A DNA stretch of 64,000 nt from an uncultured bacterium (GTDB lineage: Bacteria > Fermentibacterota > Fermentibacteria > Fermentibacterales > Fermentibacteraceae): the NCBI GenBank assembly GCA_964564435.1, contig CAZMAT010000002.1, forward strand, positions 140,002 through 204,001. The letters are read 5' to 3'. The position numbers and the translations under genes were made by a program. The notes beneath the pieces were generated by a model, which did not search any database, was not told the origin of the DNA, and saw only the letters and a list, made by a program, of their open reading frames with translations. Numbering within the stretch: the first letter of the stretch is position 1; each line of letters starts with the position of its first letter. This document shows positions 9,983 to 19,985 of this stretch, piece by piece.

Positions 9983-11244
9983 ATCGAATGATCCATGTTG
10001 TTGTACCAGAACGTGCCGCAACGGCCCAGGAGCCTGAGGCCGGCACGAGGGCGGATCGCGGCGAGGCGTTCCTTGTAGTCCAGCGTGTAGACGGGATAGC
10101 TCCGCCGGACCTTCTCGGGCGAGATGAAGAGGATGTCCTCCGGCATCGCGGCACCCACCCTGCCCAGATCCTCCATCAGACGCTGGATCATGGACGAGGG
10201 CGAATCCCAGAGCGGATCCCCGGGTGGGCAGGTCACCTCCGCCACGAGGCTGTCGGCGCCCCTGGGCACCATGGCCTCGCTGAAGTTGCGGGGGATGGAG
10301 AGCCGGCTGAAGCAGATCCCTGGCTCCCCGAAGTAGCACCACTGGTATGAGTTTTCCGTCCGGGCCCTGAGCGCGACGTTGTAGACGATTGTGTCCATGA
10401 AGTGGAGTTCGAGCCCGGGGTATGCTTCAGTGACGGGTGCCGACCAGAAGACCTCCGAACCTTCGACTTCGCTCCCGTCCGAGAGCCTGACCCCGCGTAC
10501 GGCTCCCCCGTCCTCGAGGAGGCCCGCAACCCGGGTCGAGAGGCGTATCGTGCCGCCAGACGCCTCGATCCTCCCGGCCAGCAGGTCCGGGAATCTCTGT
10601 ATCCCGCCTCTTTCCGGATAGATGAAGCTCGTGGTCACCGGGGAGGGGAAGACCAGGCTCCTGGCTAGAGAGAGAAGACTGTCGGCCCTCACCTTCCTGT
10701 CGATCACGGCCCTGTCCACCCCTGCGGCGGCCCAGTCCGTGTGCAGCTCCGATCCGTCGAGGCCGGTGAACTTGCGGGTGTAGCCCCTGAAGAAATGCCG
10801 GTAGAGGTTCCGCCCGTATCTCGCGATGATGTGGTCGGCGAAACTGGCGGGGGTCCCGCGGGTTCCCACCCTGAACAGGTCGAGCGCCGACGGGAGGAGC
10901 ATCGAGAAGGGCAGCTTCGTCACCCCCCCCAGCGAGAGAGGCCAGTCCTGATATCTGCCGGCGATGTAGACGCTGCTGGCCCTGGGGATGGCCGTGATCT
11001 CGGAGCCGAGTATCTCGAGGAGGTACGCCTGTACGGCGGTGTCGGAGGTGTGGAACCGGTGGGGGCCGATGTCGAAGCGGAAGCCCTCGCGCGTGAAGGT
11101 GCGGGCCAGCCCGCCCGGGGAATCCTCCCCCTCGAGGATGGTGACCTCGCACCCGCCTCCGGCGCAGAGCCTCTCGGCGAGGGTGAGCCCGGCCACTCCG
11201 GCGCCCACCACGATCTTCCTCTCAGCGATTGCCATGTCCGCCAC
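9910..11244 (-). CDS. FAD/NAD(P)-binding oxidoreductase (amine-oxidase/phytoene-desaturase-like fold)
   Basis: 444 aa; N-terminal Rossmann fold KIVVGAGVAGLTLAERL...ILEGEDSPGGLART. Confidence 0.7.
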   Translation of the reverse strand: MADMAIAERKIVVGAGVAGLTLAERLCAGGGCEVTILEGEDSPGGLARTFTREGFRFDIGPHRFHTSDTAVQAYLLEILGSEITAIPRASSVYIAGRYQDWPLSLGGVTKLPFSMLLPSALDLFRVGTRGTPASFADHIIARYGRNLYRHFFRGYTRKFTGLDGSELHTDWAAAGVDRAVIDRKVRADSLLSLARSLVFPSPVTTSFIYPERGGIQRFPDLLAGRIEASGGTIRLSTRVAGLLEDGGAVRGVRLSDGSEVEGSEVFWSAPVTEAYPGLELHFMDTIVYNVALRARTENSYQWCYFGEPGICFSRLSIPRNFSEAMVPRGADSLVAEVTCPPGDPLWDSPSSMIQRLMEDLGRVGAAMPEDILFISPEKVRRSYPVYTLDYKERLAAIRPRAGLRLLGRCGTFWYNNMDHSISQGLAMASGGDVPREFWKASVGT

Positions 11245-12205
11245 CTTGTCCCGGGCGGCTGCTCCAGAGCAGGGGCACAGCCGCGAGCAGCCCGAGGAAG
11301 GCCATCATCATCCAGAGGATGTGCACGCCGAAGCCGGCCGTCACTATCCCCTCGCCGGACACTCCGAGAACCGCGAAGCCGGCGGTCCAGCCGGCCTCGG
11401 CCGTACCCAGGCTGAAGAGCCCGTGGACCGGCAGGGCCATTATAAGGTCGGTCACGGCCCCGGCAAGGAAGATCTGCCAGAACTGAGGCTCCTGGAGCCC
11501 GACCGCTCTCGCCAGCAGCACGAACATCGACATCTTGGCCGCCCAGGTGGCGACGGAGAGCACGAATGCCCATGCGAACCTGCGCTTCGACGTCATCCAG
11601 ATCGCCGATGCCTCCGCCAGGGAATCCATGAAGCCCCTGGCCCGGCTGCCGCGGCTGAAACGACCTCCGATGCCGGAGAAGAGCCTCATCAGGAACGGGA
11701 GGAGCAGGATCCCGGCAGCTCCCGCGACGACCGCCACGCAGGCCGCGATGAGCACCCCGCCCCCGGCTCCGTAGAGGATAGCACCCGACACGATCAGGCC
11801 GAGAGACGCGAGATCCAGCAGCTTGGCGATGATGACGATGCCCGTGCCCTGCCCCGCGGGCACGGATGCGTATCCCCGCAGGAGCCCGACGAGTGCAACG
11901 TCGGAAAGGCGGAGAGGCAGGGCGTGACCGAGGCCGGCATGGATGGCGGTGATCCGGAGTGCTTTCGTGGATGGGATGCCGTCGCTGCTGAGGAGATGCA
12001 TCCTGACGGCGCGGATGCAGATGCTGGCCGCGTAGAGCAGGAATGCCGGCGCCAGGAGGGATGCATCGGTGGATGCCAGGGTGTCGGAGATCTGCGACAC
12101 CCTCTCGCCCAGCCTGCCGGAGGCCCCGCCCAGCATCAGCCATGTCGCCGCCGCCCCGGCGAGGACCGAGAGCGCAACTCTTGCCCACCGGAACCGTTTG
12201 TCCAA
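11222..12205 (-). CDS. integral membrane protein, lysylphosphatidylglycerol-synthase TM-region / flippase-like family
   Basis: 327 aa with about 8 predicted TM helices. The pattern resembles LPG_synthase_TM (UPF0104) proteins. It overlaps the oxidoreductase start by 23 nt. Confidence 0.55.
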   Translation of the reverse strand: MDKRFRWARVALSVLAGAAATWLMLGGASGRLGERVSQISDTLASTDASLLAPAFLLYAASICIRAVRMHLLSSDGIPSTKALRITAIHAGLGHALPLRLSDVALVGLLRGYASVPAGQGTGIVIIAKLLDLASLGLIVSGAILYGAGGGVLIAACVAVVAGAAGILLLPFLMRLFSGIGGRFSRGSRARGFMDSLAEASAIWMTSKRRFAWAFVLSVATWAAKMSMFVLLARAVGLQEPQFWQIFLAGAVTDLIMALPVHGLFSLGTAEAGWTAGFAVLGVSGEGIVTAGFGVHILWMMMAFLGLLAAVPLLWSSRPGQGGGHGNR

Positions 12206-12251
12206 TGTTCCTCTCCGGTTTGCCGGAAACCCTCATGGATGGACACAAGCT

Positions 12252-13151
12252 ATGATGCCTGCAGCTCTTCGTGTCGAGGGCCTGTCCAAGACCTACGGGC
12301 GCCTCCGGGCGCTCGAGCCCCTGACCCTTGATATCCCTGGAGGCGCCGTCTTCGCCCTGCTCGGGAGCAACGGGGCCGGCAAGAGCACCTTCATGAAATC
12401 CGTCCTGACGCTGGTGAGGCCGGACTCCGGAACGGCGCTGATCGGAGGGGTCGATTCCAGGATACCCACATCGCGAGAGCATGTCAGGTATCTCCCCGAG
12501 ATAATCCGGTTCCCCGGCAACCTCACCCCTGCCGTCATGCACGGCATGCTCCTGCGCGTGAGGGGACGGGGCACCCAGGCCGACCTCATGGAAAGGTGCG
12601 AGCAGCTTTCCTGCACCGAGCTGGCCAACCGGCCGTTCTCGAAGATGTCCCGCGGGCAGGTGCAGCGCACCGCGCTCGCGATGGCCTTCGCCGGCGAGCC
12701 CGGGATGCTCTTCCTCGACGAGCCGTCCAACGGCCTCGACCCCGAAGCCAGGATCGAGCTGAGAGCTATGGTCAGGGAGCAGGCATCGCGAGGTTCCACG
12801 ATCGTCATCAACTCCCACCTCCTGGGCGAGGTGGAGGCGGTCTGCGGCATGGCCGCATTCATGAAGAAGGGCCGGGTCGTCGCCTCCGGAGAACTGTCCG
12901 GGCTCGTCCGCCACACCGGCAGGGCGAGGATAGAGACCTCCTCCCCCGTCGAGATGGCCGCGTTCCTGAGGAGATCGGACCTCGAGGTCTTCGAGTGCGA
13001 TCACGGGATCGAAGCGACGGTCTCGGAGGGGGCCTTCCCCGGTTTCGTAGCCCTCGCTGCAGGCTCGGGGATACCTTTCACCGCCGTGGAGATGAGGCGC
13101 GAGAGCCTCGAGGACCTCTTCGTGCGCCTGGCGGGTGGAGGTGCTGCATGA
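12252..13151 (+). CDS. ABC transporter ATP-binding protein
   Basis: Walker A GSNGAGKST, ABC signature MSRGQVQR and Walker B LFLDEP are all present. The start is placed at the internal ATG (MMPAALRVEGL); the 12069 start would add a non-homologous 61-aa extension. Confidence 0.85.
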   Translation: MMPAALRVEGLSKTYGRLRALEPLTLDIPGGAVFALLGSNGAGKSTFMKSVLTLVRPDSGTALIGGVDSRIPTSREHVRYLPEIIRFPGNLTPAVMHGMLLRVRGRGTQADLMERCEQLSCTELANRPFSKMSRGQVQRTALAMAFAGEPGMLFLDEPSNGLDPEARIELRAMVREQASRGSTIVINSHLLGEVEAVCGMAAFMKKGRVVASGELSGLVRHTGRARIETSSPVEMAAFLRRSDLEVFECDHGIEATVSEGAFPGFVALAAGSGIPFTAVEMRRESLEDLFVRLAGGGAA

Positions 13152-13987
13152 AGGGCATGGCTGCGCTCTTCGAGGCGGGGATGAAGCAGATGTCGAAGAA
13201 CCGACTGATCACGATCCCCGTGGGACTCGCCCTGCTCTATCCCCTTCTGGTGACGCTGCTGCTCACGGGGATCAGGACGACCGACCCGGGCGAGGCCGCG
13301 AGCCCCGACACTGCCTTCGGCGTGATCTTCATGACGGTGCCGATGGCGGCTACGCTGGCGACGGGCTTCATAATGATACTCGGGAGCTCCCTTCTCCCCG
13401 AGGAGATCTCCGCGGGCAGGGCGGGATACTGGATAGCCCAGCCGGTCTCCAGGAATTCCTACTTCTCCGGGATGACCGCGGCTTCCTTCGCGGTCTGCTG
13501 CATCGTCACCTCGATCCTGTTCTACGGTACGTCGGCGTCCATACTCGCATTCCTGCCCTACAGGCCGGCTGCGATCGTCTGGGCCTTCGCGTGCCCTCTG
13601 TTCTGGACGGCCGCCAACCTGGCGCTCGTCACACTGGTGTCCCTGCTCATCCCCAGGATCGCCTCCATCATCGTCTGCCTCGGCGTGGCCGGAGTGTCGA
13701 ACTTCCTCGGGAGCGTCTCGCAGGTGGCGGATGCCGTACCGCAGGGCGCCTTCGCGGAAACCGTGAGAGTGGTCTCGACGGCCGGCTTCTTCATCTTCCC
13801 GGCGGACCCGATGCTTCGGCTGGCGATGGCAGGCCTGAGGCCCGCGGATTCCTCTATCCAGGAGATGATCACCTCTATGGGATTCGCGACGACTCCGCCG
13901 GCGTGGCAGATAGCCTACGCGGTCGTGTGGTCCGCCGCCGTCTTCTGGCTTGCTGCCGCCAGGTTCAGGAGGATCGACCTGGCCTGA
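13148..13987 (+). CDS. ABC-2 type transporter permease
   Basis: 279 aa with 6 TM helices. The ATG at 13148 overlaps the ATPase stop (ATGA). Confidence 0.7.
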   Translation: MKGMAALFEAGMKQMSKNRLITIPVGLALLYPLLVTLLLTGIRTTDPGEAASPDTAFGVIFMTVPMAATLATGFIMILGSSLLPEEISAGRAGYWIAQPVSRNSYFSGMTAASFAVCCIVTSILFYGTSASILAFLPYRPAAIVWAFACPLFWTAANLALVTLVSLLIPRIASIIVCLGVAGVSNFLGSVSQVADAVPQGAFAETVRVVSTAGFFIFPADPMLRLAMAGLRPADSSIQEMITSMGFATTPPAWQIAYAVVWSAAVFWLAAARFRRIDLA

Positions 13988-14004
13988 AGCGCATCACACG
14001 GACT

Positions 14005-15279
14005 TCAGAGTCCGACTGCGCCCTCGAGGTGCTTCGCGAGCACGGCGGTCATCCGGCTGTGATCCTCGATCCCCGTGCATTCCCTTATCGAATGCATCGA
14101 CATCACGGGATTGCCGACGTCCACGGAGGGGACTCCGAGCCGGGTGGCCAGCATGGGCCCGATGGTGCTCCCGCACGGGATGTCGTTCCGGCATGCGAAG
14201 ACCTGCACCGGAGAGCCGGCGGCCGACGCGCACTCCCTGAAATAGGCCTCCGTGAGGGCCGATGTTGCATACCTCTCCTGCGCGTTGACCTTGATCACCG
14301 GACCTGCGTTGGAAAGAGGCCTGTTGCCGCGCTCGAACTTCGACTCCCAGGCGGGGTTGACGGCATGTGCGGCGTCGATGGAGACCAGGACGCTTGCCAG
14401 GAGAGCCCTGTGCATCTCCCGGGTGCCGCCCGAGATGCATTCCAGCAAGGTGTCGAGGAATCCCGACTGGGCGCCGGCGCCGGTCGAGGAGCCCACCTCC
14501 TCGTTGTCGAACAGGCACAGGACCGATGTGGACGGGGCCCTGCCCGCAGAGAGAAGCGCCCCGATCCCGGCATGGCACATGGCCAGGTCGTCGATCCCCT
14601 GTCCCGTCACGAATCCGCCTCTGATCCCGCCGACGGACGGCGGCTGGACATCGACGAGATGGGCCGTCCATCCCGACAGTTCCTCCGCCGTCAGCCCGCA
14701 GGAGCCCGCGACGGCCTCCGCCAGTTCGCCGTCGGAGAAGGAACCGGAAGTCAGGATAGGCTGGATGTGGTCCTCCTTGTTGAAGGAGAATCCATCCTCG
14801 TTCATCCCCCGGTTCAGGTGCATCGCGGGCATCGAGATCCTCGCCGCCATCCCGGGGATGCGGAACGGCACGGTGCGGAGGCGGCCGCCTTGCTCCCTGT
14901 GGACAGCCGTGCCCGCCAGGCCCAGGTCCCTGTCGAACCATGTCGAGAGTATGGGTGAACCGTAGATCTCCACGGACAGGACGGAATGGCCGCCTGCCTG
15001 CCTTACCGGGTTGTTGCGCAGGCGGAGTCCGGGGAAGTCCGTGTGCGCGCATGCGATCCTGAAGCCTGCGGTGGATGGTTCATCCGTTCCGAGCCTGGCC
15101 GCGATCAGGGAGCCGGTGCCGCGTCTGACGAAGAACTCGACAGGGAGCTGCCCGTCCAGCAGCCCGTATTCGGTTGTTTCGGAAAACCCGCCGCTGCGCA
15201 GCAGGTCGCAGGCCTTCCCGACGGCATGCCCCGAAGTGGGCGAGGCTGCCAGGAAGTCTAGGAGTCCCTCAGGTCCCAT
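14005..15279 (-). CDS. M18 family aminopeptidase (aspartyl aminopeptidase-like)
   Basis: 424 aa. The N-terminal LLDFLAASPTSGHAV and the HxDxP / NEEVGS / AVN-type motifs are characteristic of the M18/M42 family. Confidence 0.8.
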   Translation of the reverse strand: MGPEGLLDFLAASPTSGHAVGKACDLLRSGGFSETTEYGLLDGQLPVEFFVRRGTGSLIAARLGTDEPSTAGFRIACAHTDFPGLRLRNNPVRQAGGHSVLSVEIYGSPILSTWFDRDLGLAGTAVHREQGGRLRTVPFRIPGMAARISMPAMHLNRGMNEDGFSFNKEDHIQPILTSGSFSDGELAEAVAGSCGLTAEELSGWTAHLVDVQPPSVGGIRGGFVTGQGIDDLAMCHAGIGALLSAGRAPSTSVLCLFDNEEVGSSTGAGAQSGFLDTLLECISGGTREMHRALLASVLVSIDAAHAVNPAWESKFERGNRPLSNAGPVIKVNAQERYATSALTEAYFRECASAAGSPVQVFACRNDIPCGSTIGPMLATRLGVPSVDVGNPVMSMHSIRECTGIEDHSRMTAVLAKHLEGAVGL

Positions 15280-18200
15280 GCGGGAGCCTTCCTTTCCTCA
15301 GAATGGCTGCGGGCCGGGTCGCCGGGGCGGCCCGCGGGGGCATCGGATCCGGCGCGGCGGGAAGAACCGCGTGCTGCTGCGCCGCTCCTGACCTGGAACA
15401 TGAATGCCTCCAGCCTCGCGTCGTTGTCGGTATCCTCCTGGCCGTCGAAGGCAAGGTTGAGCCACGGCAGGCCGGGCAGATCCCTGCGTAGGCGCTTCGA
15501 TATCGCGGTGACGATCGTCCCGGGCAGGCAGGTGAACGGGAGCACGTTGACGGCCCCGTCGATCGCCCCCCTCCGGGCGAGGGCCACGGGCGCCCCTATG
15601 CAGAGTATCGCCTCCCCCCCGATGTTCTCCTTCATGTAGGGTCCGGCGGCTTCGAGAACCTCGGCGGCCCCGGGGTGGTGCCGTCCGGCAAGCAGCCCTG
15701 CGAAGGGGCGTTCCAGGTCTCGTTTGACATACTTGATGAGCAGGCTCTTGGCCGCCGCCCTGAGGATGTCCGCGGGCTTCCTCGAACGCAGGGCGCGCGT
15801 CATGAACGTGTGGTTGACGAACTCGAACCACTCCAGCACCCAGGTCGGCAGGACCTCCCCGCCGAGCGCCTCGATCCGGTCCTCCGTCCAGGAGTTCGCG
15901 TATGGATCGTTCCTGACGTAGATCTCACCGAAGACAAGAACCAGGGGCCTCTCGACGCCCGAAAGGGGGATCCGGCCGAAGAGGCCTGCCGACTTCCGCA
16001 TGGCCTCGCCCAGGCCCTCTCCCTTCTCCATGGCCCTCTCCACCAGGGACATGGCGGTGGTGAACGCCCTCGTTGCGTCGCCTTCCCTGGCTTCGTACGG
16101 GCTCGTGCGCCTGTACGCGGCCTTGAGGATGTCGGCACAGGTCGTGCCGCGGAGCAGGTCGAGCTGGAACGACGGCGAATCGAGGCCTGGCACCGAAGTG
16201 TAGGAATCCCTGGAGGAGGCGGTGATGATGGGCACGGAGGAGTATCCCGACCGGTCGAGCAGTATCCTGTGGTATGTGCAGTACTGGCCGAACCGGCAGG
16301 GGCCCGATGCAGTGCCCATGAAGAATGCCGTGCGGTCGGGATCGTTCTCCCCCAGCACCTTAAGCATGTTGCCCGAAGTGATGATGGCGGGATAGCACTC
16401 CTTGCCCGATGTGACGGTCCTTCCGAGAGCTACCGTCTCGCGGTCCGTCTCCGGCATCTCCCTGGCGTCGAGCCCCCTCCTCCTGGCCGCGGCGGCCACG
16501 AGCGCCGTGCCGTGACCGAGCCTGGGGACCCAGATCGTGCGGCCGACGGCTTCTCCTGCCCGCCTCCCGGGGAATTCAGTGATGCATGCCCGACTCTCCC
16601 CAGCCGAGGCGGGGAGGGAATCGAGGAAAGCCTCGCAGCGCGTGATCATCCCGGCATCGGCCGAGTGCTCGTCGGCCTCCAGGGTGAGGAACGGCGTCCC
16701 TTCCATGAGGGACGAGAAGTGGTGGTGGATGAAGGAATCCGGCCCGCAGCCGAAGTTCGTGAGATAGACGGCGCGGAGCCTCGGATCCCTCTTCACGGCC
16801 AGGGCCGCGGCCAGGATCTTCTGGCCGTAGTGCCAGTACATGTCGGGGCAGAGTGCTGCAGTCTCCCTCATCGGAAGGTCGAGCATCTCGGCGGGCATGA
16901 CACCGACCCCCATGCGCGACAGCTTGGCGGGGAGATCGGAGCTCACGGAGGGGTCGCATCCGTTGTAGGGCCTGCTCACGATCACGAGCATCGTGCCGTC
17001 TTCGGGCAGAGCGGCGAGAGCCTCCCTTCCGGCATCCCGGATGGACCGCTCGAACGAGTGCTGCGCCGCCAGAGCCTCCTCGACGGCCCTCGAGGCCTCG
17101 CCCGAAGTGCATCCCACAGACTCGCCCAGAGAGATCATCGCGGCCTTCCAGTCCGAAGTCTGCCCTGTGAAGTCGAGAACGGGGGCCAGCACCCCGATTC
17201 CCCTTCCGGCGAGCCCGAGGGAGGATTCGATGACGTAGGGAGAACCCGAGACGTACGGGCAGTTCTGAGCCTCCTCGAATCCCTCGTGCCTGAAGGCCCT
17301 GAGCATGGACGGGAGGAAGACCCTGCCGACACCCCGTTCGAGGAGATCCAGCACGTGGCCGTGGGCGATCTTCACGGGGAAGCAGGTCTCGGCAGCGACG
17401 TTCTCGACTCCCTTGTGCACGGTGGCCCCGGTCGAGGGCGACGACAGCACCACCCCGAAACCGAGGGACTCGAAGAACTTCCTGAAGAAGGGGAAGAACT
17501 CCCAGAACCAGAGTGCCCTGGGGATGCCGACGAGCCTCGAAGGGTCGGCGCCGGGATCAGGCGGCGTGTAGCCCCGCAGCAGGATCTCCTCACGGATCGG
17601 GAAGAGGTTGACGCCCTTCCCGCCGGCCGGTCTCCTGCCCGTCTCGTACTTCTCGCACCTGCCGCCGTAATGGAGCCGCCTGCCGTCGTCGAACCCGACC
17701 GAGTGGATCTCGCAACGGTTGGGGCAGCCCTCGCACACGAAGCTGGACTGCGTGTAGGAGGTCCCGGAGAGGCCGAAACCGCGGAAGGACGAAGGCTTCC
17801 CGGCAGACCTGTCCCTGGCGATCAGCGCGGCCCCGATGGCGCCGGTGACGTCGTGGTCAGGAGGGACCGTCACGGGTCTGCCGAGGACTGAGTTGAAGGC
17901 TGCAACCACGCCGGCGTTGTACGCCGTGCCGCCCTGGAAGAGGATCCTGCGGCCGGGCTTCCTGTCACCGACCACCCTGTGGAGGTAGTTCTGGACTATC
18001 GAATAGCACAGGCCGCCCACGATGTCCTCGACGGGGGCTCCCGCGGCCTGATGGGCGACCACGTCGCTCTCCATGAAGACGGTGCACCGCTCGCCGAGCC
18101 CGGAAGGGGCCGGAGCCTCGAGGGCCACCGGCCCGAACTCCCGGATGCCCAGTCCGAGACGTTCCGCCTGCTCTTCGAGGAACGATCCGGTACCGGCGGC

Positions 18201-19511
18201 ACAGACCTTGTTCATCTCGAAGTCGACGACCCTGCCGCCCTTGATGCTTATGTACTTGGAGTCCTGACCGCCTATCTCGAACACGGTATCCACGTCGGGG
18301 CAGGCCTCGACGGCCGCCCTGGCCTGCGCGGTGATCTCGTTGACCACGGTGTCGGCTCCCGTGAAGTCGCCGATCATGTAGCGGCCGGATCCGGTGACGC
18401 CCGCGGAGAGGATTCTCGCCCCCTCGCCGAGAGTCGCGCCCACCAGCGCAAGGCCCTTCTTGACGGCCTCGATGGGCCTGCCCGCCGTCATGAGGTACTC
18501 GCGGGCGGCGAGGCGCCCCGCCTCGTCGATGGCGGCCAGGTTCGTGCTTATGGAACCAACGTCTATCCCGAGGTGGTACCCCGCGCCGGCTCCAGGTGCC
18601 GCAGGCACGAAGGAAGGCGGCGGCGTGCCCCTGTGCTTCATCAGAGGGGGGTGGCTGCCGGCCGGTTCGGGATCGGCACCGAGGCCCGCGAGGAGGCCCG
18701 TGAACTGCTCCCCGGCGATGAATATCTGGTCGTCCTCGGCGCAGAGCGCCGCGCCTGCAGCGGTGAGCTCGGCCGAGTGGGAGGGGACCGTGATGCCTCC
18801 CCTGCATTCCGACAGGACTTCGCCGAAGGCCCTCACCATGCCGGCGTTGGACGCGACTCCGCCCACGAAGCCCACAGGAGGCCTGAACTCCTTCCCGCCC
18901 GCTATGATGCTCTTGAAGTTCCTGGCGACTGCCAGGCAGAGCCCGGCTACGATGTCCTCGGGAGGGGTGCCCACCTGCTGGAGGTGTATCATGTCGGACT
19001 TGGCGAATACGCTGCATCTCCCTGCCACCCTGGGCGGGTGCGGGCACCGGAGGGCGAGCATCCCCAGTTCCTCGGCGTCCATGCCCAGCCGCGTGGCCTG
19101 CTGGTCGAGGAAGGAGCCGGTTCCGGCCGCGCAGACGGAGTTCATCGAGAAATCGTCGAAGACGCACTTCCTGCCTTCGATCCTGAAGAGCAGGAGTTTG
19201 GAATCCTGCCCCCCCATCTCGATCACCGACCCGAACTCGGGATGCAGCCTGCAGATGGCCGCCGCGAGCGCCACCACCTCGTTCACCGGCCGTGCGCCTG
19301 CGATGGCTCCGACAGCCCTTGCGGCGGAGCCCGTTACGCATGCCGCGATGGTGCTCCAGCCGGGGATGGAGGGGAGGATGATCCCGAGGGTCTCGTAGGG
19401 GCGGCCGAGATGACGCCTGTAGACAGTGCGCGTGATCGCGCCGTTCTCGACCAGTGCGAGCTTTACGCTCACGGAACCCAGATCTATGCCCAGAACCCGT
19501 TCAGAATGCAT
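15258..19511 (-). CDS. CoA-substrate-specific enzyme activase fusion: two BadF/BadG/BcrA/BcrD-type ATPase domains plus HgdB-like (2-hydroxyacyl-CoA dehydratase beta) domain
   Basis: 1417 aa. Two tandem copies of the activase motif occur (GIDLGSVSVKLAL...MGGQDSK and GIDVGSISTNLAA...IGGQDSKYI). A Cys-rich DUF2229-like segment follows (FVCEGCPNRCEI), then a dehydratase-D-like domain. Confidence 0.75.
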   Translation of the reverse strand: MHSERVLGIDLGSVSVKLALVENGAITRTVYRRHLGRPYETLGIILPSIPGWSTIAACVTGSAARAVGAIAGARPVNEVVALAAAICRLHPEFGSVIEMGGQDSKLLLFRIEGRKCVFDDFSMNSVCAAGTGSFLDQQATRLGMDAEELGMLALRCPHPPRVAGRCSVFAKSDMIHLQQVGTPPEDIVAGLCLAVARNFKSIIAGGKEFRPPVGFVGGVASNAGMVRAFGEVLSECRGGITVPSHSAELTAAGAALCAEDDQIFIAGEQFTGLLAGLGADPEPAGSHPPLMKHRGTPPPSFVPAAPGAGAGYHLGIDVGSISTNLAAIDEAGRLAAREYLMTAGRPIEAVKKGLALVGATLGEGARILSAGVTGSGRYMIGDFTGADTVVNEITAQARAAVEACPDVDTVFEIGGQDSKYISIKGGRVVDFEMNKVCAAGTGSFLEEQAERLGLGIREFGPVALEAPAPSGLGERCTVFMESDVVAHQAAGAPVEDIVGGLCYSIVQNYLHRVVGDRKPGRRILFQGGTAYNAGVVAAFNSVLGRPVTVPPDHDVTGAIGAALIARDRSAGKPSSFRGFGLSGTSYTQSSFVCEGCPNRCEIHSVGFDDGRRLHYGGRCEKYETGRRPAGGKGVNLFPIREEILLRGYTPPDPGADPSRLVGIPRALWFWEFFPFFRKFFESLGFGVVLSSPSTGATVHKGVENVAAETCFPVKIAHGHVLDLLERGVGRVFLPSMLRAFRHEGFEEAQNCPYVSGSPYVIESSLGLAGRGIGVLAPVLDFTGQTSDWKAAMISLGESVGCTSGEASRAVEEALAAQHSFERSIRDAGREALAALPEDGTMLVIVSRPYNGCDPSVSSDLPAKLSRMGVGVMPAEMLDLPMRETAALCPDMYWHYGQKILAAALAVKRDPRLRAVYLTNFGCGPDSFIHHHFSSLMEGTPFLTLEADEHSADAGMITRCEAFLDSLPASAGESRACITEFPGRRAGEAVGRTIWVPRLGHGTALVAAAARRRGLDAREMPETDRETVALGRTVTSGKECYPAIITSGNMLKVLGENDPDRTAFFMGTASGPCRFGQYCTYHRILLDRSGYSSVPIITASSRDSYTSVPGLDSPSFQLDLLRGTTCADILKAAYRRTSPYEAREGDATRAFTTAMSLVERAMEKGEGLGEAMRKSAGLFGRIPLSGVERPLVLVFGEIYVRNDPYANSWTEDRIEALGGEVLPTWVLEWFEFVNHTFMTRALRSRKPADILRAAAKSLLIKYVKRDLERPFAGLLAGRHHPGAAEVLEAAGPYMKENIGGEAILCIGAPVALARRGAIDGAVNVLPFTCLPGTIVTAISKRLRRDLPGLPWLNLAFDGQEDTDNDARLEAFMFQVRSGAAARGSSRRAGSDAPAGRPGDPARSHSEERKAPAWDLRDS

Positions 19512-19565
19512 GTCGGTGTCCAGCTCCGTGGAGTCAGGCGTGGCGCCGCTCCCTGGCGGGGTGGT

Positions 19566-19898
19566 TCAGATGTCGTACCTGACGCTGGTGGCGTCGCCGG
19601 ATATCCAGATCGAGACGGAAGATGCGTCCTCGCACTCCGGGGGGATCGCCAGCGTGTCGGAGACCGAAGTGATCCCGCTGGTGTACGAGATCACGAGCTG
19701 TCCGGAGACCGGACCACGCAGGTCGCGGGAGACGGAAGAGGAGGCCTCCATCGAATCCCATTCGTAAGACGAGCCCGAGAGTTCGACCGAGATGCCGGTG
19801 ATCGGAACGCCGGAATCGTTGGCCACCTCCAGCTTCGGGCCCCCGCACCCGGCCAGGGCAAGGGCTGCTGCAACGGCAGCGATCAGTCTCCCGCGCAT
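19566..19898 (-). CDS. small lipoprotein (110 aa)
   Basis: MRGRLIAAVAAALALAGCGG lipobox. A GGGAGG RBS lies upstream. It is co-directional with and upstream of the activase gene. Confidence 0.5.
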   Translation of the reverse strand: MRGRLIAAVAAALALAGCGGPKLEVANDSGVPITGISVELSGSSYEWDSMEASSSVSRDLRGPVSGQLVISYTSGITSVSDTLAIPPECEDASSVSIWISGDATSVRYDI

Positions 19899-19951
19899 CT
19901 TCCGGACCTCCCGGTTCGGGTGAAGAGCTTCACCGACAGCAATGATCCGAG

Positions 19952-19957
19952 TATAAT
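19952..19957 (+). promoter_or_regulatory. candidate -10 box (TATAAT) in the divergent promoter region between the lipoprotein and AlkP operon
   Basis: A perfect TATAAT sits ~30 nt upstream of the proposed CTG start and ~17 nt upstream of the GAGGAGG RBS (19974..19980). Confidence 0.4.
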
Positions 19958-19985
19958 ACCGGCTACACGAATCGAGGAGGATCGC

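Noticed and set aside
12069-12251. Longer start for the ABC ATPase (MDARVSEICDT...)
   Set aside because: The extension has no homology to ABC proteins. The conserved N-terminus begins at MMPAALRVEGL (12252).
10920-13004. 694-aa minus-strand ORF
   Set aside because: Antisense to the flippase-like and ABC ATPase genes; Arg/Gly-rich shadow frame.
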